Source: an uncultured Candidatus Binatia bacterium (GTDB lineage: Bacteria; Desulfobacterota; Binatia; UBA9968; JAJDTQ01). From it: a DNA stretch of 64,000 nt. The position numbers and the translations under genes were made by a program. Of the stretch, positions 19,523 to 30,317 are shown one piece after another (the first letter of the stretch is position 1; the number at the start of each line of letters is the position of its first letter). A model generated the notes under the pieces. That model was given only the letters and a program-made list of their open reading frames with translations. It made no database searches and was not told the DNA's origin. The stretch spans positions 2,400,001 through 2,464,000 of the forward strand of contig OZ251459.1 in assembly GCA_965242525.1 (NCBI GenBank). Reading direction: 5' to 3'.

Positions 19523-20818
19523 ATGACGGCAGAGACTTTGACCGTGACGGACAACCGGACGGGCGCCACCTACGAGATCCCGATACGGAACGGCGCCATC
19601 AACGCTTTCCACCTTCGGCAGATCAAGGAGTCGGAAGGCGATTTCGGCCTCATGAGCTATGACCCGGGCTTCCTCAACACCGCCTCGTGCCACAGCCGCA
19701 TCACCTTCATCGACGGTGACGCGGGCATACTGCGCTACCGCGGATACCCCATCGAGCAACTGGCGGAGGAGAGCAGCTACCTGGAGACCACCTACCTCAT
19801 CTTCCACGGGGAACTGCCGACGGTCCCGGAGCTGGAGGAGTGGCGCTGGAGCGTGGCCAACCACATGCTGCTCCACGAGAACATCAAGAAGTTCATCGAC
19901 GGGTTCAAGTACGACGCCCACCCCATGGGCATGCTGGTGAGCTCCATCGCCGCCCTTTCGACCTTCTACCCCGACGCCAAGAAGATGTTCGACCCGGAGT
20001 CCCGGCGCACCCAGATATTCCGCCTGATGGGCAAGATCCCCACGCTGGCGGCCTTCGTCTATCGCCACAGCATGGGACTCCCCTACGCCTACCCGGACAA
20101 CGAGCTCAGCTACACGGGCAACTTCCTCAACATGCTGTTCAAGATGACCGAGCTCCAGTATTCGCCGGACCCGGTGCTGGAGAAGGCCCTGGACGTGCTC
20201 TTCATCCTGCACGCGGACCACGAGCAGAACTGCAGCACCAACGCCATGCGCAGCGTCGGCAGCTCCCAGGCCGACCCGTACTCGGCCCTGGCGGGGGCCG
20301 CGGCCGCGCTCTACGGCCCGCTCCACGGCGGCGCCAACGAGATGGTGTTGCGGATGCTGGAGGGGATCGGCTCCAGGGACAAGGTGCCGGGCTTCATCAA
20401 GGGGGTGAAGGCCGGCGAGGGGCGCCTCATGGGCTTCGGCCACCGGGTTTACAAGAACTACGACCCCCGGGCCAAGGTCATCAAGCGGGTGGCGGACCAG
20501 GTCTTCGAGGTCACCGGCCGCAACCCGTTGCTGGACATCGCCCTGGAGCTCGAACGCATCGCGCTGGAGGACGAGTACTTCATCGAGCGCAAGCTCTATC
20601 CCAACGTGGACTTCTACTCCGGCCTCATCTACCAGTCCATGGGGTTGCCCGTGAGCATGTTCCCGGTGCTGTTCGCCATCGCCCGGACCTCGGGCTGGCT
20701 CGCCCAGTGGGTGGAGATGCTGGAGGACCCCGACCAGAAGCTCGCGCGCCCGCGCCAACTCTACATGGGTTCGGACGTGCGCGACTACGTCCCCATGGAC
20801 CGCCGCCGCGCGGCGTAG
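19523..20818 (+). CDS. gltA: Citrate synthase
   Basis: YDPGF.NTASC, LHADHEQNCST, GPLHGGAN, LMGFGHRVYKNYDPR, YPNVDFYSG. Confidence 0.97.
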   Translation: MTAETLTVTDNRTGATYEIPIRNGAINAFHLRQIKESEGDFGLMSYDPGFLNTASCHSRITFIDGDAGILRYRGYPIEQLAEESSYLETTYLIFHGELPTVPELEEWRWSVANHMLLHENIKKFIDGFKYDAHPMGMLVSSIAALSTFYPDAKKMFDPESRRTQIFRLMGKIPTLAAFVYRHSMGLPYAYPDNELSYTGNFLNMLFKMTELQYSPDPVLEKALDVLFILHADHEQNCSTNAMRSVGSSQADPYSALAGAAAALYGPLHGGANEMVLRMLEGIGSRDKVPGFIKGVKAGEGRLMGFGHRVYKNYDPRAKVIKRVADQVFEVTGRNPLLDIALELERIALEDEYFIERKLYPNVDFYSGLIYQSMGLPVSMFPVLFAIARTSGWLAQWVEMLEDPDQKLARPRQLYMGSDVRDYVPMDRRRAA

Positions 20819-21065
20819 GGGAGTCCCCGACCCGATGGCGGATACGACGGCGCCGCGGCCGTGACGGCTCGGAGACCCCGCAAAGCCTCCCCGGAGTCCG
20901 GTCAGCGGTACGGTCCGTATCGCGTCTGGATCGGATGCCTTTCGTCGATCAGGAGTTCTCCCGACTCTTGACCGCTTGGTGGCGGCCGCCATCGGGCAGC
21001 GTGTTCGCCCACGAGACCGGCCGTTTGAAGGCTCGCTGCTTTCCGCCACTCAGGGATGATGTTTG

Positions 21066-24000
21066 ATGGACACTGATTCCAGAGGACGAGACCTGTTCAT
21101 CGTGGACAACAGCGTCTCTGGCTGGACGGGGCTCCGTTACCTGGAAGAATGGGCGAAGATCGCCAGCGCCTTTGACGTCGCCACCGGTTTCTTCGAGATC
21201 GGTGCCCTGCTGGCCCTGGACGGCAAATGGCAGGATCTTGACCGAATTCGGGTGCTGATGGGGGCCGAGATCAGCGCACGCACCCGGCGTATACTCGTTG
21301 ACGGGGTACGCCGCCATGCAGCCGAGAAGCTGGACCGAAGCATCGAAGCCGACAAGCAGGACAATCCTTTCCTGAAGGGCGTTCCCGCGATTCTTGATGC
21401 ACTGCGTGAGCGGCGGATAGAGTGCCGCATCTACGATAAAGGCAAGTTCCATGCCAAGGCCTTCATCACTCACGCAAGGATTGAAGTGGTAGGTTCCCAG
21501 GCGCTGGTGGGCTCCAGCAACTTCACCAAGCCGGGTCTTACCGAGAACATCGAATTGAATGTTCAGGTGCAGAGCGCCCGCGAGGTGGCCCAGCTTCAGG
21601 ACTGGTTCGAAGCGCATTGGTCCGAGGCCAGAGAAGTCACGGATGAGATGATCGAGGTCGTCGAGCGCCACACCCGCCTGTACTCACCGTTTGACGTTTA
21701 CGCGAAGGCATTGCAGGAGTTCTTCCGCGGCCATGAACTCACGGCCACGGAGTGGGACGAAAACAGCTCGAAGATGTTTCCCAGGCTGGACCGTTACCAA
21801 CAGGAGGCGTACTGGGCCTTGATGAAGATCGCCCGGAAGCATGGAGGCGCGTTCCTTTGCGACGGTGTCGGTCTCGGCAAGACCTTCGTCGGTCTGATGC
21901 TTATCGAGCGTCTGGTGCTCCACGAAGGCAAGCGGGTGGTCCTGTTTGCCCCCAAGGCCACCAGGGAGGGTGTCTGGGAACCCCACCTGCGCGAATGGTT
22001 GCCTCATATCGGAGGCGGCCAGGATTTCAGCAACCTGGCTGTCTTCAGCCACACGGATCTCAACCGAAAGGGTGATTTTCCGGAACGGTTCCGGCGGGTT
22101 GCGGAACTCGCGGATTTGGTGGTGATCGATGAGGCGCATCATTTCCGCAATCCTGGCACCCGGGGCGGCGGCGACCGGGAACCCTCCCGTTACTACCGAC
22201 TCTACGACATCCTTGACAACGCCGTGCGACCCAAAACCCTGTTCATGCTCACCGCCACACCCATCAACAATCGTCTGAGCGACTTTCGTCACTTGATCGA
22301 GTTGTTCACCCGCCGGGACCAGTCCTGGTTCGCCCGCACCCTTGGCGTGAACAACCTGAGCGCTCACGTAAACCGCATGGAGAACGTTCTTCGCCAGCGA
22401 TTGGGAGATGTGACCGAGCATGCCGTGGAAGCGCAGGAAATTCTGTCGACAGACGCGCTCTTTCGTGAACTTGTGGTACAGCGCAGCCGGGCCTATGCCC
22501 GGGAGAGTCAGATACAGCAGACCGGCAATGCCGCGGTGTTTCCCGAACGCAAGGCGCCACAGGTGGCTGCCTATTCCATCCGAAAGACCTACGGTCGCCT
22601 GCTGGAACTGTTCGAGAAGGCATTCACCCGTGACAATCCGTTATTCACTCTGCCCATGTACTACCCGCTGCATTGGTACAAGGGTTCGGACCAGGAGATG
22701 GACCTTTTCGAGGAGAACCGCCAGAAGCAGGTGGTAGGCCTGATCCGGACGAACTTCCTCAAGCGCTTCGAAAGTTCGGTGACAGCGTTTGAAGTCTCCT
22801 GCGACCGCCTGCTGAGGAAGCTGTTGGCCTTCGTCGAGGTCCACAGCGAAAGCGACGGTGAAAAACGGCGGCTCGACCGCTGGAAACGGCAAAACGCCGA
22901 TATACTCAACTACGCAGCGCAGCGTCAATTCGAGTTGTGGGGCGACGATGACGATGAATCCGAAGACGACGACATCGTCTCTGCAGAAATGCTGGAGGAC
23001 GTGGTCAAGCTGGATCGAGAGGATTACGAAGTCGAGGAGATGATTTCCGAAACTTTCCTGGACCTCGACCAACTTGCACGGTTTCTGGACGAGGCTCGGA
23101 AATTCGAGTCGAAACACGACGACAAGCTCCAGAAGCTTACTCGACTCCTCCAGTCCAGAGACCTCAAGGGCCAGAAAGTGCTCATCTTCACGGAATTTGC
23201 GGACACTGCCCGTTACCTGATGCGCCAACTCGATGACGCCGGAATCGAGGGCGTGGCCCAGGTGGACAGTGCGTCCAAGACCAACCGCGCCGACGTGATT
23301 CAGCGTTTCTCCCCGTATTACAACGGCTGTTCTTCGGCGACTCTCGCCGTTCAGGGAGGGAAGGAGATTCAGGTCCTCATTTCAACGGACGTCCTGTCGG
23401 AAGGCTTGAACCTTCAGGATGCGTCATACGTGATCAACTACGATATCCACTGGAATCCGGTGCGCCTGATGCAACGCATCGGACGTGTGGACAGGCGCAT
23501 GAACCCGGAAGTCGAGGAACATCTCGTTGCCGATCACCCTCGATTCAAGAATTCCCGCGGCAAAGTGGGCTTCTGGAATTTCCTGCCCCCAGAAGAACTC
23601 AACGCCATCCTGACCCTTTACACCAGGGTGACGCAGAAGACCCTGCTGATATCCAGGACCCTCGGCATCGAAGGCAGGAAGCTGCTGACCCCGGAAGACG
23701 ATTTCGATGCCCTCAGGGAGTTCAATCATGCATACGAGGGCGCGCGTTCGGCAGTGGAAGACATGAATCTCGAATACCAGGCCCTGATACGGGAAGATCC
23801 TGGTCTTGAGTCACGGCGCAACCGTTTACCCGGGGCCACGTTCAGCGGCAAAGCGCCGTCGGACGGAGGCCTTCGGGGCGTATTCTTCTGCTATGCATTA
23901 CCTGGTTTTGACAAGCGGACCGGCGAATTTACCGAGGAAACAGGCCTGACGCGATGGTACTTCCATGATCTCTACCGGGATGCGATTCTTGAAGAATCCG

Positions 24001-24190
24001 GAGACATCATTGCCAGTATCCGCTCCAAGCCCGATACACCCAGACGATGTACGGCCGACGAGAAGACGCTTATCGAGATCCGCTCCAGGGTCGAGAGCAC
24101 ATCAAGAACACCTATCTCAAGCGTGTCGATGCGCCGGTTGGCGCGAAGGCGTCGCTCAAGTGCTGGATGGAGTTGCTTGATGCCAACTGA
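21066..24190 (+). CDS. PLD-nuclease domain + SNF2-like helicase (probable natural C-terminus reached via a -1 frameshift at about 24096)
   Basis: FHAK...GSSNFT PLD motif; DGVGLGKT, DEAH, TATP, SEGLNLQ, QRIGRVDR; alternative frame from 24098 reads HIKNTYLKRVDAPVGAKASLKCWMELLDAN* and overlaps the next ATG. Confidence 0.8.
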
Positions 24191-27100
24191 CCACCGCACC
24201 GCGCTTGCCGCCATCCGGCGTTTCGATCAGTTGATCGCTTTTCTACGGGACGAGATGGATTGGCCGATTGCGAGCGGCGATTTCGAGGATCTGACCTTCG
24301 ACTACACTCCGGAGGAGCTCGGCATCAAGGTCCAGCATGCAGCAAAGATTCAGGAGATCAAGCGTCTTCGTCCGCTGGCTCCGAAACAGCCCTGGGGCGT
24401 GTTTTTCGTCAAGTTCGAGCCGAAGCGCCTGCCTGTGGTGGCGTTGCGCAGCATCCTGGGGCGAGTGGTGCTCAAGAAGCGTGCGTCAGTCAATGACGCG
24501 GAGCAGCCAACTTGGGCCATGGAGGATCTGCTATTCATCTCCAACTATGGCGAGGGAGAAGCTCGACAGATCAGCTTCGCGCACTTTGCGGCGCCAGCAG
24601 GCGGCAACAGACTGCCGACCCTCAAGGTGCTGGGCTGGGATGACCGCGCCACGCTTTTGCATCTGGACCACGTTGCGCGGGAGTTGACCCAACGCTTGGC
24701 GTGGCCCGATGACGAGGATGATGCCGATGCTTGGCGCGAACAGTGGCGGACTGCGTTTACCCTGATGCATCGGGAGACCATCAACACTTCGCAGGCACTT
24801 TCTGTACATCTGGCTGGTTTGGCCCGGTCCATCCGGGAGCGAATTCACTTCGTGCTGGAGATTGAGTCCGATAACGGTCGTATCACGGCGCTCATGAAGG
24901 CGTTCCGCATTGCCTTGATCCATGACCTCGATGAGGACGGATTCGCAGACATGGCTGCCCAGACAATCGCCTATGGCCTGCTTTCGGCACGCATCGCAGA
25001 CCGGGAGCGAGCGACTGTTCCTGATTTCACCGGCCAGATGAAGACCAATCCGCTTCTGCGCGATCTGATGGCGACCTTCCTGCATCTCTCTCATGGTGAC
25101 CATGGGACCAGGATCGATTTCGACGAGTTGGGGGTCGCGGATGTCGTCGAGTTGCTGGACCGTGCCAACATGGAAGCAGTGGTACGCGATTTCGGTGACC
25201 GCAATCCTCGCGAAGATCCGGTGATCCACTTCTACGAGAGTTTCCTGACGGAGTACGATAAGCGGAAGAGGTTCAAACGAGGCGTCTTCTACACTCCGCG
25301 CCCTGTGGTCTCCTACATCATCCGCTCTGTCGATGCCCTGCTGTGCGAGGACTTCGGCTTGGCTGACGGTCTCGCGGACACCTCAACTTGGGCAGAGATG
25401 GCCGAACGTGTGGAAGGTCTGATCATCCCGGAAGGCGTTTCGCCTGAACAGGACTTCGTGCAGATCCTCCATCCGGCATCGGGCACGGGCACCTTCCTGG
25501 TCGAGGTCATCGAGTTGATCTACAAGCGTTGCCAGGAAAAGTGGCAGTCGCAGGGTCATGACAAGGGGCGGATCGAAGCACTGTGGAACGAGTACGTCCC
25601 TCGACACCTGCTGCCGCGTCTCCACGGCTATGAACTACAGATGGCGCCCTACACCATCGCGCACCTGAAGATCAGCCTCAAGCTCTATGAGACCGGCTAC
25701 CGCTTTGGAGTAGATGAGCGAGCCCGAGTGTATCTCACCAATGCACTGGAGCCGGCGCAGGATTTCTCCGACCTGCTCGACTTCGCCGTCCCGGCGATAG
25801 CCCACGAAGCGCAGGCGGTGAACGAGGTAAAGGCTGGGCAGCGATTTACGGTGATCCTTGGCAACCCACCGTATTCCGGCCATTCTGCCAACAAAGGAAA
25901 GTGGCTTCGGGGTCTGCTGCATGGCTGCGCGGGCGACAGATCGGTTGAAAGCTACTTTGATGTTGATGGCAATCGCCTGAAGGAGAGGAATCCCAAATGG
26001 TTGAACGACGACTACACGAAGTTTATCCGTCTAGCTCATTGGCAGATCGAACAAACAGGCCAGGGGATCGTTGGTTTCGTCACCAACCACAGCTATCTGG
26101 ACAACCCTACATTTCGTGGTATGCGCGAAAGCCTCAGCGTCACCTTTCCCCGGATATTCCTGCTTGACCTGCACGGTAATACGAAAAAAAGGGAACGCAC
26201 GCCTGATGGTGGCAAAGATGAGAATGTCTTCGACATTCAGCAAGGGGTCGCTATCGGCCTGTTTGCAAGATCTGCGAACGAGGTGGCTACAGTAAACCAC
26301 GCTGACCTATGGGGTGGGCGCGAGCATAGCAAGTTTGTTTGTCTTCTTAATGACCATGTGTTGAGCACTCCATGGCAGACCTTGTCTCCTCAGTCTCCAT
26401 TGCACCTGTTCGTGCCACGGAGCGATAAGTTCCAGGATGAGTATGACTCTGGCTGGAGACTGGATCATGTCTTCCCAGTCCACCAAGTAGGCATGACAAC
26501 GGCACGTGACCGTGTAGTCATTGATTTCGAGGCTATACCTATTCTTGAGCGCGCCCGTCGCTTCCGTGACTCAAAGGAAGCGGATGTCCATCTTTGTGCA
26601 GAACTGGGGATTCCCATGAAGAAGGGATGGAATATAAGTAAGGCAAGAGAGCTTCTTCAGAGGGAGGATGATCTTGAGGACTTGATAAAACCAGTTCTGC
26701 GTCGTCCATTCGATGCGCGGTTGATCCTTTACCATGACTCACTCGTTTGGCGTACCATGAAGAAACTCATGGGTCACATGCTGGCCGGGAAGAATATCGG
26801 AATCATCACAACACGACAATGTAAGGACAATTGGAGTGCAATGGTATCGAACATGATTATTACGCACAAGGCATTGGACGCTTATGACATAAATTCACTG
26901 TTTCCCTTGTATATTTATCCACTAGATCTCGCCACGAAGACCAGCAGTCAGCGGACGCCTAATCTCGACTCGCAATTCACGCAGACCTTCAAGGCCGCCA
27001 TCGGTCTCGACTTGATCACCGATGGTGTCGGTAATCTTACTGGCACCTTTGGTCCTGAGGACATCTTCCACTACATCTATACAGTATGCTACTCTCCGGA

Positions 27101-28106
27101 GTACCGCCGCCGTTACGCTGATTTTCTGAAGTCCGAATTTCCCCGCATACCGTTGCCGGGCAACCGTGCTCTGTTTGCAGAACTCGTTCCGGTCGGAGCA
27201 CGTCTCGTCAAGTTGCACTTGATGGAGGCCGAAATCGGCAGTGCGGTTGCTCGTGTTTCTTTTCCGGTTTCAGGCACTAATCAAGTGGACAAGGTATCTT
27301 ACACAGCCGGGGATGGCCGATCGGGGCGTGTCTGGATCAATCGTGACCAGTACTTCGATGGCGTAGCCCCGGACGATTTCACTTTCACCATTGGCGGCTA
27401 TCGTCCAGCGGAGAACTGGCTGAAAGAGCGCCAAGGCCGCGTGCTTTCTCAAGACGATGTCCTCTACTACCAGAGGGTCATCACTGCCTTGGCCGAAACC
27501 CGAAGCAGGATGACCGAGATCGACGACGTCATCAGTCGGCATGGTGGTTGGCCAGACGCCTTTCAGCCAAGGAAGACGGAAACCTCGAGGGCCAGGATCA
27601 TTCCGTTCCGCCCTCGCAAGATCGAACCAGAACTGTCGAACCGCTTCGTCACCTGTGTGCCACTCATCCCTCTGCAAGTAGCTGCAGGTGGCTTCGGCGA
27701 TCCACAGCATCTTGAAGACGGAGACTTTTATGAATGGGTAGCCGTTGAGCCACGTCACCGTCTGCGAAAAGGCATGTTCGTTGCCCAGGTCGTCGGCAAG
27801 TCCATGGAGCCCTTGATCCCCGAGGGTTCCTGGTGTCTGTTTCAGTCGCCCGTTGAAGGCACGCGCCAGGGCAAGACCGTTCTGGTTCAACTGCGAGATG
27901 CGCTGGATCCCGAAACCGGTCATCGCTATACAGTCAAACGCTACACGAGTGAGAAGATCCAAGCGGACGATGCTTGGCGCCACACTTGCATTACCCTGAA
28001 TCCGGTCAACCCCGACTTTGATCCTATTGTCCTCACCTCGGACGACGAGGGCGACGTCAAGGTTGTCGCAGAGTTGGTCGAGGTTCTGGAAGGCACACAT
28101 GATTGA
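24180..28106 (+). CDS. Type ISP/IIG-like N6-adenine methyltransferase-specificity protein with C-terminal S24 peptidase-like domain
   Basis: DPVIHFYESFL, GVFYTP, (H)PASGTGTFL, GNPPY, DDYTKFIR, DENVFDIQQGV, FPRIP, IGGY; tail GKSMEP...YTVKRY. Confidence 0.85.
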   Translation: MPTDHRTALAAIRRFDQLIAFLRDEMDWPIASGDFEDLTFDYTPEELGIKVQHAAKIQEIKRLRPLAPKQPWGVFFVKFEPKRLPVVALRSILGRVVLKKRASVNDAEQPTWAMEDLLFISNYGEGEARQISFAHFAAPAGGNRLPTLKVLGWDDRATLLHLDHVARELTQRLAWPDDEDDADAWREQWRTAFTLMHRETINTSQALSVHLAGLARSIRERIHFVLEIESDNGRITALMKAFRIALIHDLDEDGFADMAAQTIAYGLLSARIADRERATVPDFTGQMKTNPLLRDLMATFLHLSHGDHGTRIDFDELGVADVVELLDRANMEAVVRDFGDRNPREDPVIHFYESFLTEYDKRKRFKRGVFYTPRPVVSYIIRSVDALLCEDFGLADGLADTSTWAEMAERVEGLIIPEGVSPEQDFVQILHPASGTGTFLVEVIELIYKRCQEKWQSQGHDKGRIEALWNEYVPRHLLPRLHGYELQMAPYTIAHLKISLKLYETGYRFGVDERARVYLTNALEPAQDFSDLLDFAVPAIAHEAQAVNEVKAGQRFTVILGNPPYSGHSANKGKWLRGLLHGCAGDRSVESYFDVDGNRLKERNPKWLNDDYTKFIRLAHWQIEQTGQGIVGFVTNHSYLDNPTFRGMRESLSVTFPRIFLLDLHGNTKKRERTPDGGKDENVFDIQQGVAIGLFARSANEVATVNHADLWGGREHSKFVCLLNDHVLSTPWQTLSPQSPLHLFVPRSDKFQDEYDSGWRLDHVFPVHQVGMTTARDRVVIDFEAIPILERARRFRDSKEADVHLCAELGIPMKKGWNISKARELLQREDDLEDLIKPVLRRPFDARLILYHDSLVWRTMKKLMGHMLAGKNIGIITTRQCKDNWSAMVSNMIITHKALDAYDINSLFPLYIYPLDLATKTSSQRTPNLDSQFTQTFKAAIGLDLITDGVGNLTGTFGPEDIFHYIYTVCYSPEYRRRYADFLKSEFPRIPLPGNRALFAELVPVGARLVKLHLMEAEIGSAVARVSFPVSGTNQVDKVSYTAGDGRSGRVWINRDQYFDGVAPDDFTFTIGGYRPAENWLKERQGRVLSQDDVLYYQRVITALAETRSRMTEIDDVISRHGGWPDAFQPRKTETSRARIIPFRPRKIEPELSNRFVTCVPLIPLQVAAGGFGDPQHLEDGDFYEWVAVEPRHRLRKGMFVAQVVGKSMEPLIPEGSWCLFQSPVEGTRQGKTVLVQLRDALDPETGHRYTVKRYTSEKIQADDAWRHTCITLNPVNPDFDPIVLTSDDEGDVKVVAELVEVLEGTHD

Positions 28107-28172
28107 GACGGGACGGACAAACAGCGTAGTGCTGTGGCCATTTCCAGAATTTTGTGCCATGTGAGATCACTC

Positions 28173-30317
28173 ATGGCAAGACTTGATATGGAGATGCAGA
28201 GAGAGATTGAACAGCCTTTTCGTCCCCGGGCAAGACTGCTGCAACTGCTCGGCGACGAACTGATTGGCAGTCCGCGTCTTGCGGTCTTCGAACTGGTCAA
28301 GAACGCTTACGATGCAGACGCTACCGAGGCTGTCGTCCGGCTTGACCTCGCTTCCGAGGATGACCCCAAGATAACCGTGACCGACAATGGCGAAGGCATG
28401 TCGCCAGATATCATACGGTCCGTATGGCTCGTCCCGGGACATGAGTACCGACAACAACAGCGCGAACGCCGTGAGCGTACCCCTGCACACCATCGACTTC
28501 CTCTCGGGGAAAAGGGTCTCGGGCGCTTTGCAGTACACAAGCTGGGAAACCACATCCGTCTGATTACCCGTGCGCAAGGCTCGGACGAATGCGTTGTGGA
28601 GATCGACTGGAATAAACTGATTGCCCAACCATATCTGGACGAGGCGCCTGTCAGGATACGCATGCGACCCGCGGAAATATTTACACAGGAAAGAACGGGA
28701 ACGCGAATCGAAGTCACTGAACTGCGGCCGCCTGCGTGGTCAAGACGCGAGGTGCGACGTCTTCACAACCAGATCACGTCGATCTGTTCTCCGTTCAGGG
28801 AGCCGGGATATTTTCGAGTGACTCTGGAGGTTCCGGGAAGGGAAAGTTGGATCGGGAATCTCCCCGATTTTGCAGCAATAGTGGAGCAGGCGATATGGAA
28901 GTTTACATTTTGGCTGGAAGATGGAAAATTTGATTGGGAGTACGAGTTTCGGCGACTTCCAGGGTTCGGTCTGGATGGTCGCAAGGTTTCGAAGGAGAGT
29001 GACAGACTGCAACTTCCATTGAGATCCGACGGTAACAGGATGGAAAGAAAAGTTATCGCCGACGAAGCAACTACTCGGGGAATCGGTCCAATTCTTGGAG
29101 AATTCCATGTTTTCGATCGTGATCGGGAAGTGCTTCGGCAACTGACGAATACTCGTCTGATGACCGAATATCTGGATGAAAACGGAGGAGTTCGTGTTTA
29201 TCGTGACGGTATTCGAGTTTACAACTACGGGGAACAGGGCGATGATTGGCTGGGTCTCGATTTGCGGCGCGTGAATATTCCGACTCGTCGTATCAGTCGT
29301 AACATTATCCTGGGTGCGATTCATCTCTCTCTGGATTTATCGGATAGACTGCTGGAAAAGACCAGTCGCGAGGGTTTCGTCGAGAACGACGCCTGCAACC
29401 GACTCAGGCAAATCGTGCTGGGGGCACTGGGGGCGCTGGAAGCAGAACGACAGAAGGACAAAGAGCAAATCAGACGGCTGGCAGAGAGCCCAAGGGACCC
29501 CGTGACCTCCCGGATCAAGAAACCGATTCAAGACTTGAGGGAAGCGCTTGCCGAACAGGAAGTGGCCGACAAATTTGAACCCTACGTAGCGAGGATCGAA
29601 CAGTATTACGACAACATGCAGGAGACGCTGCTTGCCGCCGGCATGTCTGGCTTGAATCTTGCGGTGGTGTTCCACGAGGTGGAGAGGGGCGTCCGCGTCC
29701 TGCATCAGGTCATACTCGAAGGCCGGGACATGGCGGGTGCCGCCAGCCAAGCTCAGGAGCTAGTGCATCTTCTCGACGGTTTTGCCACACTGTTGCGTCG
29801 AGACAGCAAGAAACGACACCATGCAAGTCGCCTCGGTCGGGCGGCGCGGCAGTTCAATAGCTTGCGGCTTCGCCACCACCGGGTCAAGTTTACCTGTCCG
29901 CTGCTTGATGGCGAAGGGGATTTTGAAGCGATCTTTTCGTTCAGACTGATGGTGGGAGCCTTGAACAACCTGATCGACAATTCACTTTACTGGCTCAGAG
30001 TCCGATGGCCAGAAGTCCCGAAGGAGGATGAAAGCTTTGAACGCCGTCTTTTCGTGGGCGCGACCCGGGATTTTGACGACGGACCGGCCATTATCGTTGC
30101 AGATAACGGGGAAGGGTTTCAGGGTGATGACCCAGAGCATCTTGCATATCCGTTTTTTACGCGTAAACCGGACGGCATGGGTCTTGGCCTCTACTATGCA
30201 AACCTTACCATGGAGTTACATGGGGGACGCTTGGTGTTCCCGCAACCGGACGAAGTCGACGTCCCTGATGGATATGACGGTGCTATTGTTGCCATGATTT
30301 TCAAGGAAGAAAAGTGA
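28173..30317 (+). CDS. GHKL (MORC/MutL-like) ATPase fused to a C-terminal histidine-kinase module
   Basis: ELVKNAYDADA, DNGEGM, GEKGLGRF; C-terminal VFHEVE H-box, NLIDNS, DNGEGF, PFFTRKPDGMGLGL. Confidence 0.88.
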   Translation: MARLDMEMQREIEQPFRPRARLLQLLGDELIGSPRLAVFELVKNAYDADATEAVVRLDLASEDDPKITVTDNGEGMSPDIIRSVWLVPGHEYRQQQRERRERTPAHHRLPLGEKGLGRFAVHKLGNHIRLITRAQGSDECVVEIDWNKLIAQPYLDEAPVRIRMRPAEIFTQERTGTRIEVTELRPPAWSRREVRRLHNQITSICSPFREPGYFRVTLEVPGRESWIGNLPDFAAIVEQAIWKFTFWLEDGKFDWEYEFRRLPGFGLDGRKVSKESDRLQLPLRSDGNRMERKVIADEATTRGIGPILGEFHVFDRDREVLRQLTNTRLMTEYLDENGGVRVYRDGIRVYNYGEQGDDWLGLDLRRVNIPTRRISRNIILGAIHLSLDLSDRLLEKTSREGFVENDACNRLRQIVLGALGALEAERQKDKEQIRRLAESPRDPVTSRIKKPIQDLREALAEQEVADKFEPYVARIEQYYDNMQETLLAAGMSGLNLAVVFHEVERGVRVLHQVILEGRDMAGAASQAQELVHLLDGFATLLRRDSKKRHHASRLGRAARQFNSLRLRHHRVKFTCPLLDGEGDFEAIFSFRLMVGALNNLIDNSLYWLRVRWPEVPKEDESFERRLFVGATRDFDDGPAIIVADNGEGFQGDDPEHLAYPFFTRKPDGMGLGLYYANLTMELHGGRLVFPQPDEVDVPDGYDGAIVAMIFKEEK

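Noticed and set aside
21063-28106. Single genuine 2347-aa protein
   Set aside because: The junction peptide looks out of frame and an alternative frame supplies a natural C-terminus; treated as two genes pending a read check.
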